Shown in pieces: positions 35,388 through 46,162 of a stretch of 64,000 nucleotides of DNA (positions within the stretch are counted from its first letter, which is position 1; each line of letters begins with the position of its first letter). A program made the translations under genes and the position numbers. The notes beneath the pieces are model-generated. The model was not told the DNA's origin. It worked only from the letters and a program-made list of their open reading frames with translations, and did not search any database. The stretch is from the sequence record MK250019.1; one strand, written 5' to 3'.

Positions 35388-37283
35388 TTAAATTAATGTT
35401 GGTGTGTAACCACATTCTCTCTGTCTATTTCTTAAATAAATTAATCCATCTTCTCGATTCATTGTATTCTCAAATTTACAATATGTCTTTGTTTCTTCAT
35501 TAAGTTTAAACCATTCTTGCTTACTATATTTAATAGGATGAATAAATTTATCATAATATTCATACATCATCTTATTATATAATATATCTAATGATTCTTT
35601 ATTCAATTTCCATTTTGTTTGAATATCTCGCATCTTCTTAATATCATATTCAAGTCTATCAGAAACACCATATGTTCTCACTTGAATTGCAATCTGAGAA
35701 AAATCATATTCTGATGGAATATCTTTATCTATCAATAATGAATCTTCAAAAGAATGAATATAATTAGATTGTCTAAGTTTAAGTCTCATTAATCTCTTAT
35801 TCCATAAACCAAATATTAAATTATCATCGCATCCCAAAACTTGCTGTTCGAATTTAATAGGATTATCACCAGACATTTTATCTAATATATCAATATTTCT
35901 TTTTGAGAATACCATAAGTTCACCACCAGCATATATATTAAATGCTGACCAGAAACTTCCATACATTTTTCCAGTAAATATTTGTGAATCATCTTCTTGA
36001 TATGCAAGGAATTCATTCATTAATGGAAGATTTATCCATGTTGAATTATTGGTTCTGATTAAATAATCATAATTTATATTTAATTTCTTTAATTCTCTAA
36101 TAGCAAATATTGTTTTTGAATATGTATGATATAAAGCATCTTCATCCCGCGTATATTCTCTCTTTATATAAATCATATGATTACTTTCATCTACATGTGT
36201 ATCTTCACCTTCTTTAGCATCAGTATAAACCCAGAAATCAATATTCATATTATCATCGATATTTGTTTTCCATGTTTCCTGACATACTTTTTCAAGTTCA
36301 TTATATACTGGTTTATCCATACACATAGACAAAACAATAAGTTTCTTGTAATTCTTAACTTTTCGTAATCTTGTGTTATAATCAACCTTAGGGTGAATAT
36401 ATTGTTTAGGGAATACCTTAACATCTACTGTATTACCTGGTGTATTAAATAACATCAAAGCCTGTGCCTTATCACAACTTTCATCAAAATTATTAAATGA
36501 ATTAACAGCTCTATCAATTAAATCATCATAATTATCAAAACATTTTTTTGATGACCACATTTCAAGTTTCTTTCGGATGTCTGCACGAAGCCAGCTCAAA
36601 TGATGCATTTTAACTTCATTCCATTTAAATACATGGTAATCTACTGTATATTGTTTAATCTTATGAATTTGACCATCTCTTCCGACTACGTTTTCTACTC
36701 CTGAATACGGTCTTACAAAACGTCTTGTAGGATCAGAAGGTAAAAGGAAATCAGTACATTCAAATGAATGTCTATATTCTACTCTTGTAACAAAAGGTAC
36801 ATACATACCATCTTTAAACGGATATACTAAGAAATGTTTATAATCATGATAATAATTTATATACTGACAATATGTAATAGGATAATTATTATCGTCTATA
36901 ATTTTACATGCACTATCAAATGCTTTCTTTGTATAATATTCATCTGAATCTATTACAATCGCATGTGTACAACCATTATCCTGAGCATCTTGAATTAACA
37001 TATTTCTTTTATCTGTTTCCTGTTCTCTTGCAGGTTTTGTTGTATCTAACTCAACTTCAACAATATTATCAACTAATTTATCTTCATCACGTAATCGGAA
37101 TATTTCCTGTAAATCAATTTCAGAAATTTTATCACCATGATAAGATAATCTCTACAATCCAATGGAAACATAATCAACAGAATCTCTAAGCTCAGAAATA
37201 ATATTATAAAGATGTTCTGTTCCTTCAAATGCAATAATTAATAAACCTAATTTCTTTATGTTCTTATAATTTGTTCTCTACAT
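35388..37283 (-). CDS. Two-domain glycosyltransferase, 631 aa, TAG at codons 2 and 44
   Basis: GT-A-like AIVIDSDEYY in the first domain; YDYLIRTNNSTWIN..AGGELMVFS..DDNLIFG in the second. Start is ATG-TAG at 37283. Confidence 0.7.
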
Positions 37284-37374
37284 TATTATTTTAACTGATT
37301 ATGTTTAATTTGTACTATATATTATACTTATATATTATTATAAAGTTTATATTTAATTAAAAAAATTTATAATA

Positions 37375-37714
37375 AAAATGTAGACTTTTTTCACAAAAGT
37401 AAGTAAAATAATTACTGGTAATTTGAGAATCTAAGATATTTAAAGAAAATCTAATATTTAGTAATAATTATTAATATTATTTAGAATTTGTATAAATTAA
37501 CATATAAATATTATTGATTATCAATTAGTTATAAATTATTTTTAATTTTTATTAAACTTTTTTCACAAAAATATAGACTTTTTTGAAAAAGTNNNNNNNN
37601 NNNNNNNNNNNNNNNNNNNNNNNNNNNNNNNNNNNNNNNNNNNNNNNNNNNNNNNNNNNNNNNNNNNNNNNNNNNNNNNNNNNNNNNNNNNNNNNNNNNN
37701 NNNNNNNNNNNNNN
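37375..37714. repeat. Divergent AT-rich intergenic region with repeated acttttttcacaaaa motif, running into an assembly gap
   Basis: Motif at about 37384-37398 and 37556-37570, related gactttttt at about 37576. N-run at 37593-37714. Coding strand switches here. Confidence 0.5.
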
Positions 37715-37797
37715 AATAATTTTTCTTTGGTTCTTTCTTTTTTGAAGGTAGATCCTTTCAGAGAATAAATATAGTAAATATTTTTTTTAATTTAATA

Positions 37798-38673
37798 ATG
37801 AAATTTGGCTTTGATAAATCTATTAATGAAAAATTATCTTTTTTATATGAAACATTATTTGATGATTATGATGATATTGTTTCAGATGATAATTCATCAA
37901 TAGAATCATTATATGATCTAGAATCATAGTTTAATGAACTATTATAGGAATGGAAAAAAATTGGTTTATTTAATAAACAATATAGTTAGGAACGTTATAT
38001 TGAACTGTTAAAAGAAAATTCAAAAATAAATGATAATAATGAAATATATATTTATGCATTAGCTTTATCATTTGATAATTAGGAAATATTTGATAAATTT
38101 CTTAATTCATTTGAAAATTATACACTTAATTTCGATATTAAATATTTAGAATTAGATTTTACATTTCATAGAAGAATGAAACCAAAATTACATTTTTCTT
38201 TTAATAATATTCCTGATAATTTAAATATTACATCATTATAGGTATTTGGTGGTATAATGGATGATTTATCTGGATTAAATAAAGATAGATTATTAAGATT
38301 ATCGTTTAATAATTCTTATGTTAAAACTATAAATGGATTAGGTTCAAATTTATAGAAATTAACTTTTGTATATGATACTGATATTGAATCTGTAACTGAT
38401 TGGTCTAATTTAAAAAATATGAATTTGTTATAGTTAGAAGTTGACTATACAAGTTGGGAATTTATTGGTATAGAACATTTATTACATTTTAATAATATGT
38501 CAGAAGAAATAATAAATATACCAAGAGTTTTATTCATTAATCATGCTGCATTTGGTAAATTAAGATATTATAAAAACTATATAAAGAATATGTTTATTAC
38601 TGATAATCCTTAGATTAAACCAAAAATAAGAAATTTAATAATAAACAAATTAAGAGAGATTGTTAATTACTGA
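37798..38673 (+). CDS. TAG-recoded 291-aa protein with LRR-like segments
   Basis: MKFGFDKSINEKLSFLYETLFDDYDD...; open except for TAGs; TGA at 38671-38673; not in the track. Confidence 0.7.
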
Positions 38674-38703
38674 CATAATTTAAATAATATAATTATAATT
38701 AAT

Positions 38704-39258
38704 ATGAATGAAAGTTATAAAAATCAACATAAACCATCAAAAAATTCAAGATTTAAACAAGGATATTTTCATCCGCAAAATCCATAGAAGTGGGTTACTA
38801 AAACTAATGAATACCGTTCGAGTTGGGAATTTCATTTCATGAACTGGGCGGATAGAAATCCTTAGGTTTTAAGAGTTGGATCAGAACCTTGTGCAATTTA
38901 GTATAGAGATCCTGTAGCTAATTTAGAGTATTGTCATAAACATAATTTGGATCCTAATAATCCATAGAACTGGAAAATAAGAAAATATTATGTTGATATG
39001 TGGGTTGAATTTAAAAAGAAAGATGGAGACGTTATAAAAGTATTCATTGAAATTAAGCCATATGCTCAAACTATTAAACCAGAACCATTAAAACCTGGTG
39101 CTAAGTTAAAAGAAGTTAACCGTTATAATAGAGAGATGAAAACATTCTTAACTAATTAGGCAAAATGGCGTGCTGCTAATTATGAATTTAAAAAGAGAGG
39201 ATGCAAATTTTTCATTTTCACGGAAAAAGAATTAAGTGATAAACTACATCTATTTTAA
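38704..39258 (+). CDS. Head completion nuclease (T4 gp4 / TnsA-like), TAG-recoded, 184 aa
   Basis: FHPQNPQKW..YRSSWE..FMNWADRNP..SEP..YYVD..IEIKPYAQT..NQAKWRAA..FTEKEL; 5 TAGs. Confidence 0.85.
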
Positions 39259-39283
39259 CATAACTTAAATGTAGATTATATAT

Positions 39284-40201
39284 ATGAATACAAATATTAA
39301 GAAATTAGTTGAATCCTTATTTGATGATGATATTGATGATATTTTAAAAGGTATGACAGATGATGATGTTTCAAAACAACTAGAAAACAACATGTTTTCT
39401 TTAAATGAATTGAAATCATTATTAGAACAATTACATGATCCAAAAAATACTTTATTTAAACATAATTTATTGTCATGCGAAAATTTAAATGAATTATCAA
39501 TTAAATCACAAGAAGGAAACGGTATATATATTCCTATAATAACTATATCATTATATGAAAAGAATATAGATATATTTAAAGATATTTTTGATATATTACA
39601 TGAGTATAACGTAAGATTAGATGTTAATTCATTAATTTTTATATTAGAGAATAAAACTGATAATTTTTATTCTATTAAAGAATTATTGGATTTAACAAAG
39701 TATAATGATATATTAAGAATCCAGGATTTTTCTGTTAATTATGGTAAGTTAAAAAATTTAGAAGGATTTCCTAAAATATGGGGTGAATATGATTTTCAAT
39801 GGATAAGTGAAATAACATCATTCAAAGGATTTCCTAAAAATGATTATAATATATCTTTGTATTTTTGGGGAAGCTCTTTACCAAACGATTGGTCAGGATG
39901 TCCAACACAATTACAGAATTTAAGATATGAGTCAAATATTGAACCTGTAGATGAAAATGATATAGAAGATATAAAGAAACAAATAGGTTCATTAACCAAT
40001 ATACCATATGATTTAACATTTGAATTAAATAATCCTAATAAAATAGGATATAATTTTGTTGGTGGATCATTAATAAATCCAAAATGGAAACCAGATGTTA
40101 AAAGGGAAATAAGAAGTTATATAGGACAATGTTTGAAATCTCAATATAAGAATATAATGGGATTAAAGAAAAGAATATGCAATAGTGAAAAATCTATTTG
40201 A
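39284..40201 (+). CDS. Hypothetical 305-aa protein with LRR-like segments
   Basis: KKLVESLFDDDIDD N-terminus; LKNLEGFP / ITSFKGFP / DWSGCP repeats. Confidence 0.7.
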   Translation: MNTNIKKLVESLFDDDIDDILKGMTDDDVSKQLENNMFSLNELKSLLEQLHDPKNTLFKHNLLSCENLNELSIKSQEGNGIYIPIITISLYEKNIDIFKDIFDILHEYNVRLDVNSLIFILENKTDNFYSIKELLDLTKYNDILRIQDFSVNYGKLKNLEGFPKIWGEYDFQWISEITSFKGFPKNDYNISLYFWGSSLPNDWSGCPTQLQNLRYESNIEPVDENDIEDIKKQIGSLTNIPYDLTFELNNPNKIGYNFVGGSLINPKWKPDVKREIRSYIGQCLKSQYKNIMGLKKRICNSEKSI

Positions 40202-40268
40202 TATAATTAATAATCACAAGAGTATGTTAAAAGTATTCTTGTGATTTTTTATTTTCATATATTTTATG

Positions 40269-40276
40269 TATCTTTG
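40269..40276 (+). promoter_or_regulatory. Bacteroidota promoter -7 box
   Basis: TATCTTTG about 30 nt upstream of ATG 40307. Confidence 0.65.
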
Positions 40277-40306
40277 TGGTATAAAAAACAATTTAAAATT
40301 ATATTA

Positions 40307-40606
40307 ATGTTATTTTATAGATTTGGTGATATTCCTGAAGATGAATGCTCATCTATATGGAATAATAATGATGAAGTAATAGGTAAAGAAAAAGGTGTTT
40401 CCGTTTATGAAGCTCATAAAAATATAAATGGAGAATATACTCCTGTTATTCCATTTCCGACAAATGAAAAAGCATTTAATGATTTTATATATCATATAGG
40501 ATATTTTACTGGTAACAAATATTTAGTAACCGGTGATTTGTTAGATGAAACCGGTACTGATGGTGAACCGTTAATTAATAATGTTAAAATAATAAAAAAA
40601 TTATGA
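40307..40606 (+). CDS. Hypothetical phage protein (FYRFGDIP...EKGVSVYE)
   Basis: ATG 40307 preferred over the track's GTG start at 40241, which lies upstream of the promoter. Confidence 0.7.
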   Translation: MLFYRFGDIPEDECSSIWNNNDEVIGKEKGVSVYEAHKNINGEYTPVIPFPTNEKAFNDFIYHIGYFTGNKYLVTGDLLDETGTDGEPLINNVKIIKKL

Positions 40607-40830
40607 CGCAGAAAGAAAGATACGATAAGATTTGTGAACTTGTTGATGTAGTAGATGATATTAAAGATAAACTTTGGAATATTGTCTGGGAGGCACAAGA
40701 AGGAAATTTTAAGGATCATTTTGATAATCTTCAAAAAGCAGAGAGAGTCGCGATTATTGGAATTTTGAATGATGCAGCTAGACTTTCATCTTCAATAGGA
40801 CAATATCAGCATTGGTTTGAAGAAAAATAA
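40603..40830 (+). CDS. Hypothetical protein
   Basis: 75 aa, ATGA overlap with the previous gene. Confidence 0.7.
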   Translation: MTQKERYDKICELVDVVDDIKDKLWNIVWEAQEGNFKDHFDNLQKAERVAIIGILNDAARLSSSIGQYQHWFEEK

Positions 40831-40903
40831 ACATTTACTATATTTTATACTATAATAAGTAGATATTGCATAAGATTACTAATTTATTTTATAATAATTA
40901 AAT

Positions 40904-41680
40904 ATGAAGGAAAAAGAAGTACAAACAAAGGAATTATATCCATTTATTAGTGATGCTATTAAGAAAATGGATATTAGTCTTGAAAATATTCAATGGGCAC
41001 ATAAAATTATTACGAATAATACTGCTGGATATTTGGATGATATTAATAAGATTCAAAAGTATGTTGAGAATATTATTGATAATGCATGTTCCGTATTTCG
41101 TGAGAAGATTACAAAAGAATTGTCATTAGATGATTTACTTTTGTATGCTCAGGTTGCAAAGACATCTCAAGACTTTGATAATAACAAGAAACGAACATCT
41201 TTTTTTGATAAAAAAATACAGGATATTACAATTAAAGACATTGATTTAATTAATAGTACGGGTACAAGTACATATAAAGCTATTGAACAAGATTTATTTG
41301 GTAATTCTACTAAAGCTCCAGAAATTCAGAAAAGATATTGTACAGGTAGATCAATAGCAAGAAAGGTAAAAGATACCATTAAACTTTATGATAATATTAA
41401 TGATGTACCTTGCCCTGTTGGAAAACAAGCAGTATACCGTTTAGCTGTATGTATACCTAAGAGGTTTAATAAGGTAAATTCATATAAGAGACAGCTTATA
41501 TATGGACGAATTCCTACAATGTATTTTATTTCTGATAATAGAGATAGAGATTTCATTATTGCAAGAAATAATTTTACCAAGTTAATTAGAAAGAAATATT
41601 ATGATGCTCTTCGTGAATATGAAGAGAAGTATGTACCTATTGGACATGATATTTCTATGAAAAAAATAAGTGTATTATGA
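40904..41680 (+). CDS. Hypothetical protein
   Basis: 258 aa, TAG-free. Confidence 0.75.
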   Translation: MKEKEVQTKELYPFISDAIKKMDISLENIQWAHKIITNNTAGYLDDINKIQKYVENIIDNACSVFREKITKELSLDDLLLYAQVAKTSQDFDNNKKRTSFFDKKIQDITIKDIDLINSTGTSTYKAIEQDLFGNSTKAPEIQKRYCTGRSIARKVKDTIKLYDNINDVPCPVGKQAVYRLAVCIPKRFNKVNSYKRQLIYGRIPTMYFISDNRDRDFIIARNNFTKLIRKKYYDALREYEEKYVPIGHDISMKKISVL

Positions 41681-42207
41681 TTGGAGCATATATTTTATTT
41701 TTATTTTTGTTTATATTATCATTCGGTATAACATCAGTAATAATATTGTCACTTAATACTTTACATAGTGATAGAAGAGATGAAGGACATTCAACATGGT
41801 TTTTGAAGTTGGTCATATTATTTATGTGTATTGCATCATTTAAGATTACATATAATATTATTGATAAACCGAATATATGGTTTTGTACAGATGAACCAAT
41901 TGCAACAAATAAAAATATGGAAACATATGTTTATTATAATTTCTTTCAAACTGATTCTGTAGTAAAAGAAGTACATAAATTTGAATATATAAAAGCAATA
42001 ATTACGCGTGAAAAAATGCAAGATGAAGGTGATGAAGGTTCATCACATATGCATATAGATGTGAAGTCTGCAGATGGAAATTATTTTATTAAAGATTATT
42101 GTACAAGATTTGAAGATTTACCATATAATGAGTTTAAGAAGCGTATTGCATTTAGGAAAGAATATTGGCCAGATGTACATTATGAATTAATTTATTTTAG
42201 TAATTAA
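41677..42207 (+). CDS. Membrane protein (two N-terminal TM segments)
   Basis: Hydrophobic N-terminus, ATGA overlap. Confidence 0.7.
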   Translation: MIGAYILFLFLFILSFGITSVIILSLNTLHSDRRDEGHSTWFLKLVILFMCIASFKITYNIIDKPNIWFCTDEPIATNKNMETYVYYNFFQTDSVVKEVHKFEYIKAIITREKMQDEGDEGSSHMHIDVKSADGNYFIKDYCTRFEDLPYNEFKKRIAFRKEYWPDVHYELIYFSN

Positions 42208-42211
42208 AATT

Positions 42212-42628
42212 ATGAGTATATTTGTAAATTTTTTAATATTCATACATTTAATTCCAGCATTTCTTGTATTTTATATATATTATATTATTCCATATCTTGA
42301 ATTAAAGAAAGGCGCATCTCTTAATGATTATGTAAATGCTGTAGAATTTGATGGAATTCCTGCATTAACTGTATGTACATTATTACCGATATTTAACTGG
42401 ATAATAATTAAGAGTTATTTTGACCCTGATGATTATGCAGATAGCAGAAGCTGTAAAGATTATGAGAAAGCCTGTAAGATAAGAGATTATTTACTTAAAT
42501 TAATAGTAGGGTTATATAGATTTATTGCAGAATTTATAACTGCAATATGGATGTTAATTGTATGGATGTTTGGATTAAAATATGTATTTAAAGTTATTAG
42601 AAAAATATTAACATTTAAAATAAAGTAA
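42212..42628 (+). CDS. Membrane protein
   Basis: 138 aa with several hydrophobic segments. Confidence 0.7.
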   Translation: MSIFVNFLIFIHLIPAFLVFYIYYIIPYLELKKGASLNDYVNAVEFDGIPALTVCTLLPIFNWIIIKSYFDPDDYADSRSCKDYEKACKIRDYLLKLIVGLYRFIAEFITAIWMLIVWMFGLKYVFKVIRKILTFKIK

Positions 42629-42635
42629 AGATATT

Positions 42636-42917
42636 ATGGAACTTACAAAAGAATATCTGTTGGAACATGGATATGAAACTAATCATCCTGATAGAGTTTT
42701 GTGTCGTTTTTATAAAACAAATAATAAGAATCCAGAGTGGAGAGTTAGTGTAGAACAGGAATACCTTCCATTAAGTAATAAACTTGCATTTAATATTAAT
42801 TGCTGGAGATGTAATGAAACCGGAGCAATTATTAAACGTGCATCTGTAAGTTATGCAGATACAGTAGAAGAACTTAATGCAGTTATTCAGATGTGTGGTA
42901 TTGATATTAATATGTAA
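42636..42917 (+). CDS. Hypothetical protein
   Basis: 93-aa ORF in operon context. Confidence 0.7.
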   Translation: MELTKEYLLEHGYETNHPDRVLCRFYKTNNKNPEWRVSVEQEYLPLSNKLAFNINCWRCNETGAIIKRASVSYADTVEELNAVIQMCGIDINM

Positions 42918-42988
42918 AAATAAAATGGTTAATAGATTTTATATAGTAATTATATTTAATCCATTAACCATTCTAATAATTTATTAAT

Positions 42989-43714
42989 ATGGATAATAAA
43001 AGTACAAGAAAAGAAAAAGCTATTAATCATACAGAACAGATGAATAAAGAATATTCTATAATGATTAATGCTTCTATAATTAATTCTATTATATATACAG
43101 ATGATAATGTATACAACAATAATGTAATTGTTGTTGTTGAAAACATGACAACAACAGATGCTGTATCTAAATATAAGCATGATGAAAAACTTTGTGTTTT
43201 AAATTTTGCAAGTTATAAAAAACCTGGTGGAGGATTTATAAATGGTGCTATTGCACAAGAAGAAGCTATTTGTCATGATAGCACATTATATAATGTTATT
43301 TCATCTGAAAAATTTGAGTCTTACTATGAAGATAATAAAAACAATGCTAATGGTGGATTATATAGAAATGCAGCAATTTATTCACCAAGTATTGTATTTA
43401 GTAATAGTAAAGCAGTTGTTAATGTTATAACATGTGCTGCACCTAATTTGAGTATATTTAAAGGACCTAAATATAAAGCATATGATACAATTAGAAATAG
43501 AATAAAATTTATTCTCGATATTGCTGAAAAGAATAATGAAACTGAATTAATTTTAGGTGCATTTGGATGTGGAGTTTTTAAAAATGATCCAGAATTTGTA
43601 GCCTCAACATTTAAAGATTTACTTTATTCTACTAATTACTATCATTTTAAAAAAGTAATATTCGCTATACCAGGAGGTATAAATTATGATATATTTAAAA
43701 AAGTCTTTGAATAA
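42989..43714 (+). CDS. Bacterial PARG-type macrodomain (TIGR02452/DUF2263-like) ADP-ribose glycohydrolase
   Basis: LNFASYKKPGGGFINGAIAQEEAIC...LILGAFGCGVFKNDP. Confidence 0.85.
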   Translation: MDNKSTRKEKAINHTEQMNKEYSIMINASIINSIIYTDDNVYNNNVIVVVENMTTTDAVSKYKHDEKLCVLNFASYKKPGGGFINGAIAQEEAICHDSTLYNVISSEKFESYYEDNKNNANGGLYRNAAIYSPSIVFSNSKAVVNVITCAAPNLSIFKGPKYKAYDTIRNRIKFILDIAEKNNETELILGAFGCGVFKNDPEFVASTFKDLLYSTNYYHFKKVIFAIPGGINYDIFKKVFE

Positions 43715-43738
43715 TTTTTTTATTTAAAGAATAATGTG

Positions 43739-43746
43739 TATCTTTG
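43739..43746 (+). promoter_or_regulatory. Bacteroidota promoter -7 box
   Basis: TATCTTTG about 29 nt upstream of ATG 43775. Confidence 0.65.
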
Positions 43747-43774
43747 TATTGTTAAATAATAAAACAATAAAGAT

Positions 43775-43996
43775 ATGGATAAGAAACTCAAGATACAAAT
43801 AACACTTCTTACAGTTATTATTACAGTAGGAATCATTATAATTAACAATGCAAAATCAAAAGTTAATTATATTTTAGAACCATGTCCTATATGTGGTTCA
43901 TCAGAAGTTCTTGATTGCGGTTATGATAATATGAAGTATCAAGAACATGCACATTGTGTTACTTGTAATAGAGATTTCTATATTGATGTAGATTAA
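43775..43996 (+). CDS. Small zinc-ribbon protein with N-terminal hydrophobic helix
   Basis: PCPICGS ... HCVTC. Confidence 0.65.
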   Translation: MDKKLKIQITLLTVIITVGIIIINNAKSKVNYILEPCPICGSSEVLDCGYDNMKYQEHAHCVTCNRDFYIDVD

Positions 43997-44102
43997 ATAT
44001 TTCCTACTGTATTTTACAAAGGTTTAAAGAATGTTAGCGAATATTCTTTAAACCTTTTCTTTTTATATAAACATTTTTTAATTATTTGAATACAAATTAT
44101 AT

Positions 44103-44426
44103 ATGATAAAGTTTAAAAATAAAAATATTGAAAGAGAAACTGAAATACGATATTTAACATATATTACAGGACGTTCGTATTCATATAACGATGGAGTTAA
44201 ACATCTAACAAATGTTATTCAAAAAATAATGTCCAATAATGATAATAATAGAAAATATTTAAATGAAATTGTATATGCTGATGTAATTCCATATATATAT
44301 GGTTATTCAGAAACACATACAATTTATTATGTATCTGTAATAGTAAAACGTACATATTATAAAGATATGTATGAGTCTTTATATCTATATAATAGAGCAT
44401 TAGAGGAAACAGAAATAAAGTTATGA
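44103..44426 (+). CDS. Hypothetical protein
   Basis: 107-aa ORF. Confidence 0.65.
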   Translation: MIKFKNKNIERETEIRYLTYITGRSYSYNDGVKHLTNVIQKIMSNNDNNRKYLNEIVYADVIPYIYGYSETHTIYYVSVIVKRTYYKDMYESLYLYNRALEETEIKL

Positions 44427-44575
44427 TAGTAGATATGAATGTATTAGAAGAACCAAAAGAATTTAAAGATTTTGGTAATTATCTTCAAAAAACATATAAA
44501 TTTTCTAATGAACAAATAATTTCTATTACTAGTGAAATACATAAGTTAATTAGAAAAAAATTAAAAGAAAAATAA
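44423..44575 (+). CDS. Small hypothetical protein, 50 aa
   Basis: ATGA overlap with the previous gene; fills the gap. Confidence 0.5.
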   Translation: MIVDMNVLEEPKEFKDFGNYLQKTYKFSNEQIISITSEIHKLIRKKLKEK

Positions 44576-44587
44576 GTAGTTGAATAT

Positions 44588-45058
44588 ATGGGTTTATTTA
44601 AATATCCAAGTATGCATGAATTGAAGGATATTGCAATGATTTATAATGATAATGAATGGGATAACGCAAAATTAGTTGTATGGGATCCAGAATATCAGAG
44701 AGAATATAATATATCATTTACAGGTTCTTCTAGACCAACTGAAAATGAAGTAGGTAAAGTTCATTTTAATATAACAAGAGTTAAAGATGAAAAATCTGCT
44801 GATGAAGAAGCGATAGATAAAGAATTAGATGAACAATTTCCTACTTTATCACAATTAGAGAAAAATAAGTATGAACTTATTTTTAGACGTGGTGTTGAAT
44901 ATGGAAAAAATGTTATTAAGAATGAATTATTAAAAGAAATATTTAAATCACCATGTGAATCATGCGGAAATTATATGATGTCAGATGATTGCGTATGTAA
45001 TAAATTATATAAGTATTGTGATTTTATAAAAGAAGTTAAAAAAAGGATTGAGAATTGA
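44588..45058 (+). CDS. Hypothetical protein with C-terminal Cys cluster
   Basis: 156 aa; CESCG..CVC..C. Confidence 0.7.
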   Translation: MGLFKYPSMHELKDIAMIYNDNEWDNAKLVVWDPEYQREYNISFTGSSRPTENEVGKVHFNITRVKDEKSADEEAIDKELDEQFPTLSQLEKNKYELIFRRGVEYGKNVIKNELLKEIFKSPCESCGNYMMSDDCVCNKLYKYCDFIKEVKKRIEN

Positions 45059-45074
45059 ATATTCTCAATCCTTT
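45042..45074. terminator. Bidirectional terminator
   Basis: aaaggattgagaat-tgaat-attctcaatccttt. Confidence 0.8.
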
Positions 45075-45085
45075 AATTTTATATA

Positions 45086-45667
45086 TTAATATAAATCTTC
45101 ATCATCATTTTCATCATACAAATAATCATCAGAATCAGTTTCTTCATCATATTCATCATCTTCTTGAGGATCTCCAGTATATATTTCTTCTACATTATCA
45201 TTATCAATATAAAATGTGAATGTTCCATCTTCATATGATAACTTTATAGTATGAGAATCTGCATCATCTACATCAATAACTGTTACATCTTTATCATTTC
45301 TAAGTTCCTCAATATCCTTACAATATGAAGAATCAAAGATACCTAACGCACCTGCATCTACTCCATATGTTTTACCAGACATTGAATCATATGAACCATC
45401 ACCAAATGCAGTTCCATGAACAAAACCGATAATATTATTATCATCTGTGATTATACCATCTTCATAATCTGGTCCCCAACAATTTTCATAAATATCATCA
45501 TCTAAAATATAACAAGGATCACCAATAACCATTGTTAATTTTTCACCTTCTGTATCTATTGTTTCAGTGTAAGAATCTGAACTGTTACTATAACTTTCAT
45601 TAATTTTTGTTTTAACAGATTTTGCAATGGAAGTTATAATATTTTCATAAAGTTTTTTACTATTCAT
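45086..45667 (-). CDS. Acidic hypothetical protein (DUF4241-like core)
   Basis: IGDPCYIL..AFGDGSY..YGVDAGALGI; KKLYENI..VKTKINES N-terminus. Confidence 0.65.
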   Translation of the reverse strand: MNSKKLYENIITSIAKSVKTKINESYSNSSDSYTETIDTEGEKLTMVIGDPCYILDDDIYENCWGPDYEDGIITDDNNIIGFVHGTAFGDGSYDSMSGKTYGVDAGALGIFDSSYCKDIEELRNDKDVTVIDVDDADSHTIKLSYEDGTFTFYIDNDNVEEIYTGDPQEDDEYDEETDSDDYLYDENDDEDLY

Positions 45668-45790
45668 AAATTAATATATAATTTATTTTTATATTTATAT
45701 TTATTTGCTCATATTTTGATTAATATATAGTTAGCTTAGTATTTATATATTTTATTAATTACATGATGATACAGAGCAAATATAGTATAA

Positions 45791-45828
45791 AAAATGAGAT
45801 ATAACTATTGGATGTTATATCTCATTTT
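45791..45828 (-). terminator. Terminator closing the radical SAM / FETNSSS operon
   Basis: aaaatgagatataac-tattggat-gttatatctcatttt. Confidence 0.8.
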
Positions 45829-45834
45829 ATTTAA

Positions 45835-46140
45835 TTAACTATCATAACCATATCGTCCAAATGCATGAACAATTTCACCTCCTGGTGTTTTATATGATTC
45901 ATCATATGTTTCCATATCATAATCATTAAAATAATCATCATATGATTTATAATCATCATCTGAATCATATTTCTCTTGATTTGATTCATACTCTTCTCTT
46001 GTAATGAAAACCTCACTATATTTGCCATATAGAAGTTCACCATTTTCCCACTTTTTATATTCTGAATCAGAACACATAGTAAGTGTATGGACAGAACTTG
46101 AATTGGTTTCAAATACACCTTGTCTTACAGATACTTTCAT
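45835..46140 (-). CDS. FETNSSS-motif protein 5 (short type, 101 aa)
   Basis: MKVSVRQGVFETNSSSVHTLTMC. Confidence 0.85.
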   Translation of the reverse strand: MKVSVRQGVFETNSSSVHTLTMCSDSEYKKWENGELLYGKYSEVFITREEYESNQEKYDSDDDYKSYDDYFNDYDMETYDESYKTPGGEIVHAFGRYGYDS

Positions 46141-46162
46141 TTTATTAAATTTATCTTAATTT

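Noticed and set aside
37583-37768. Track ORF spanning the N-run
   Set aside because: Artefact of the assembly gap.
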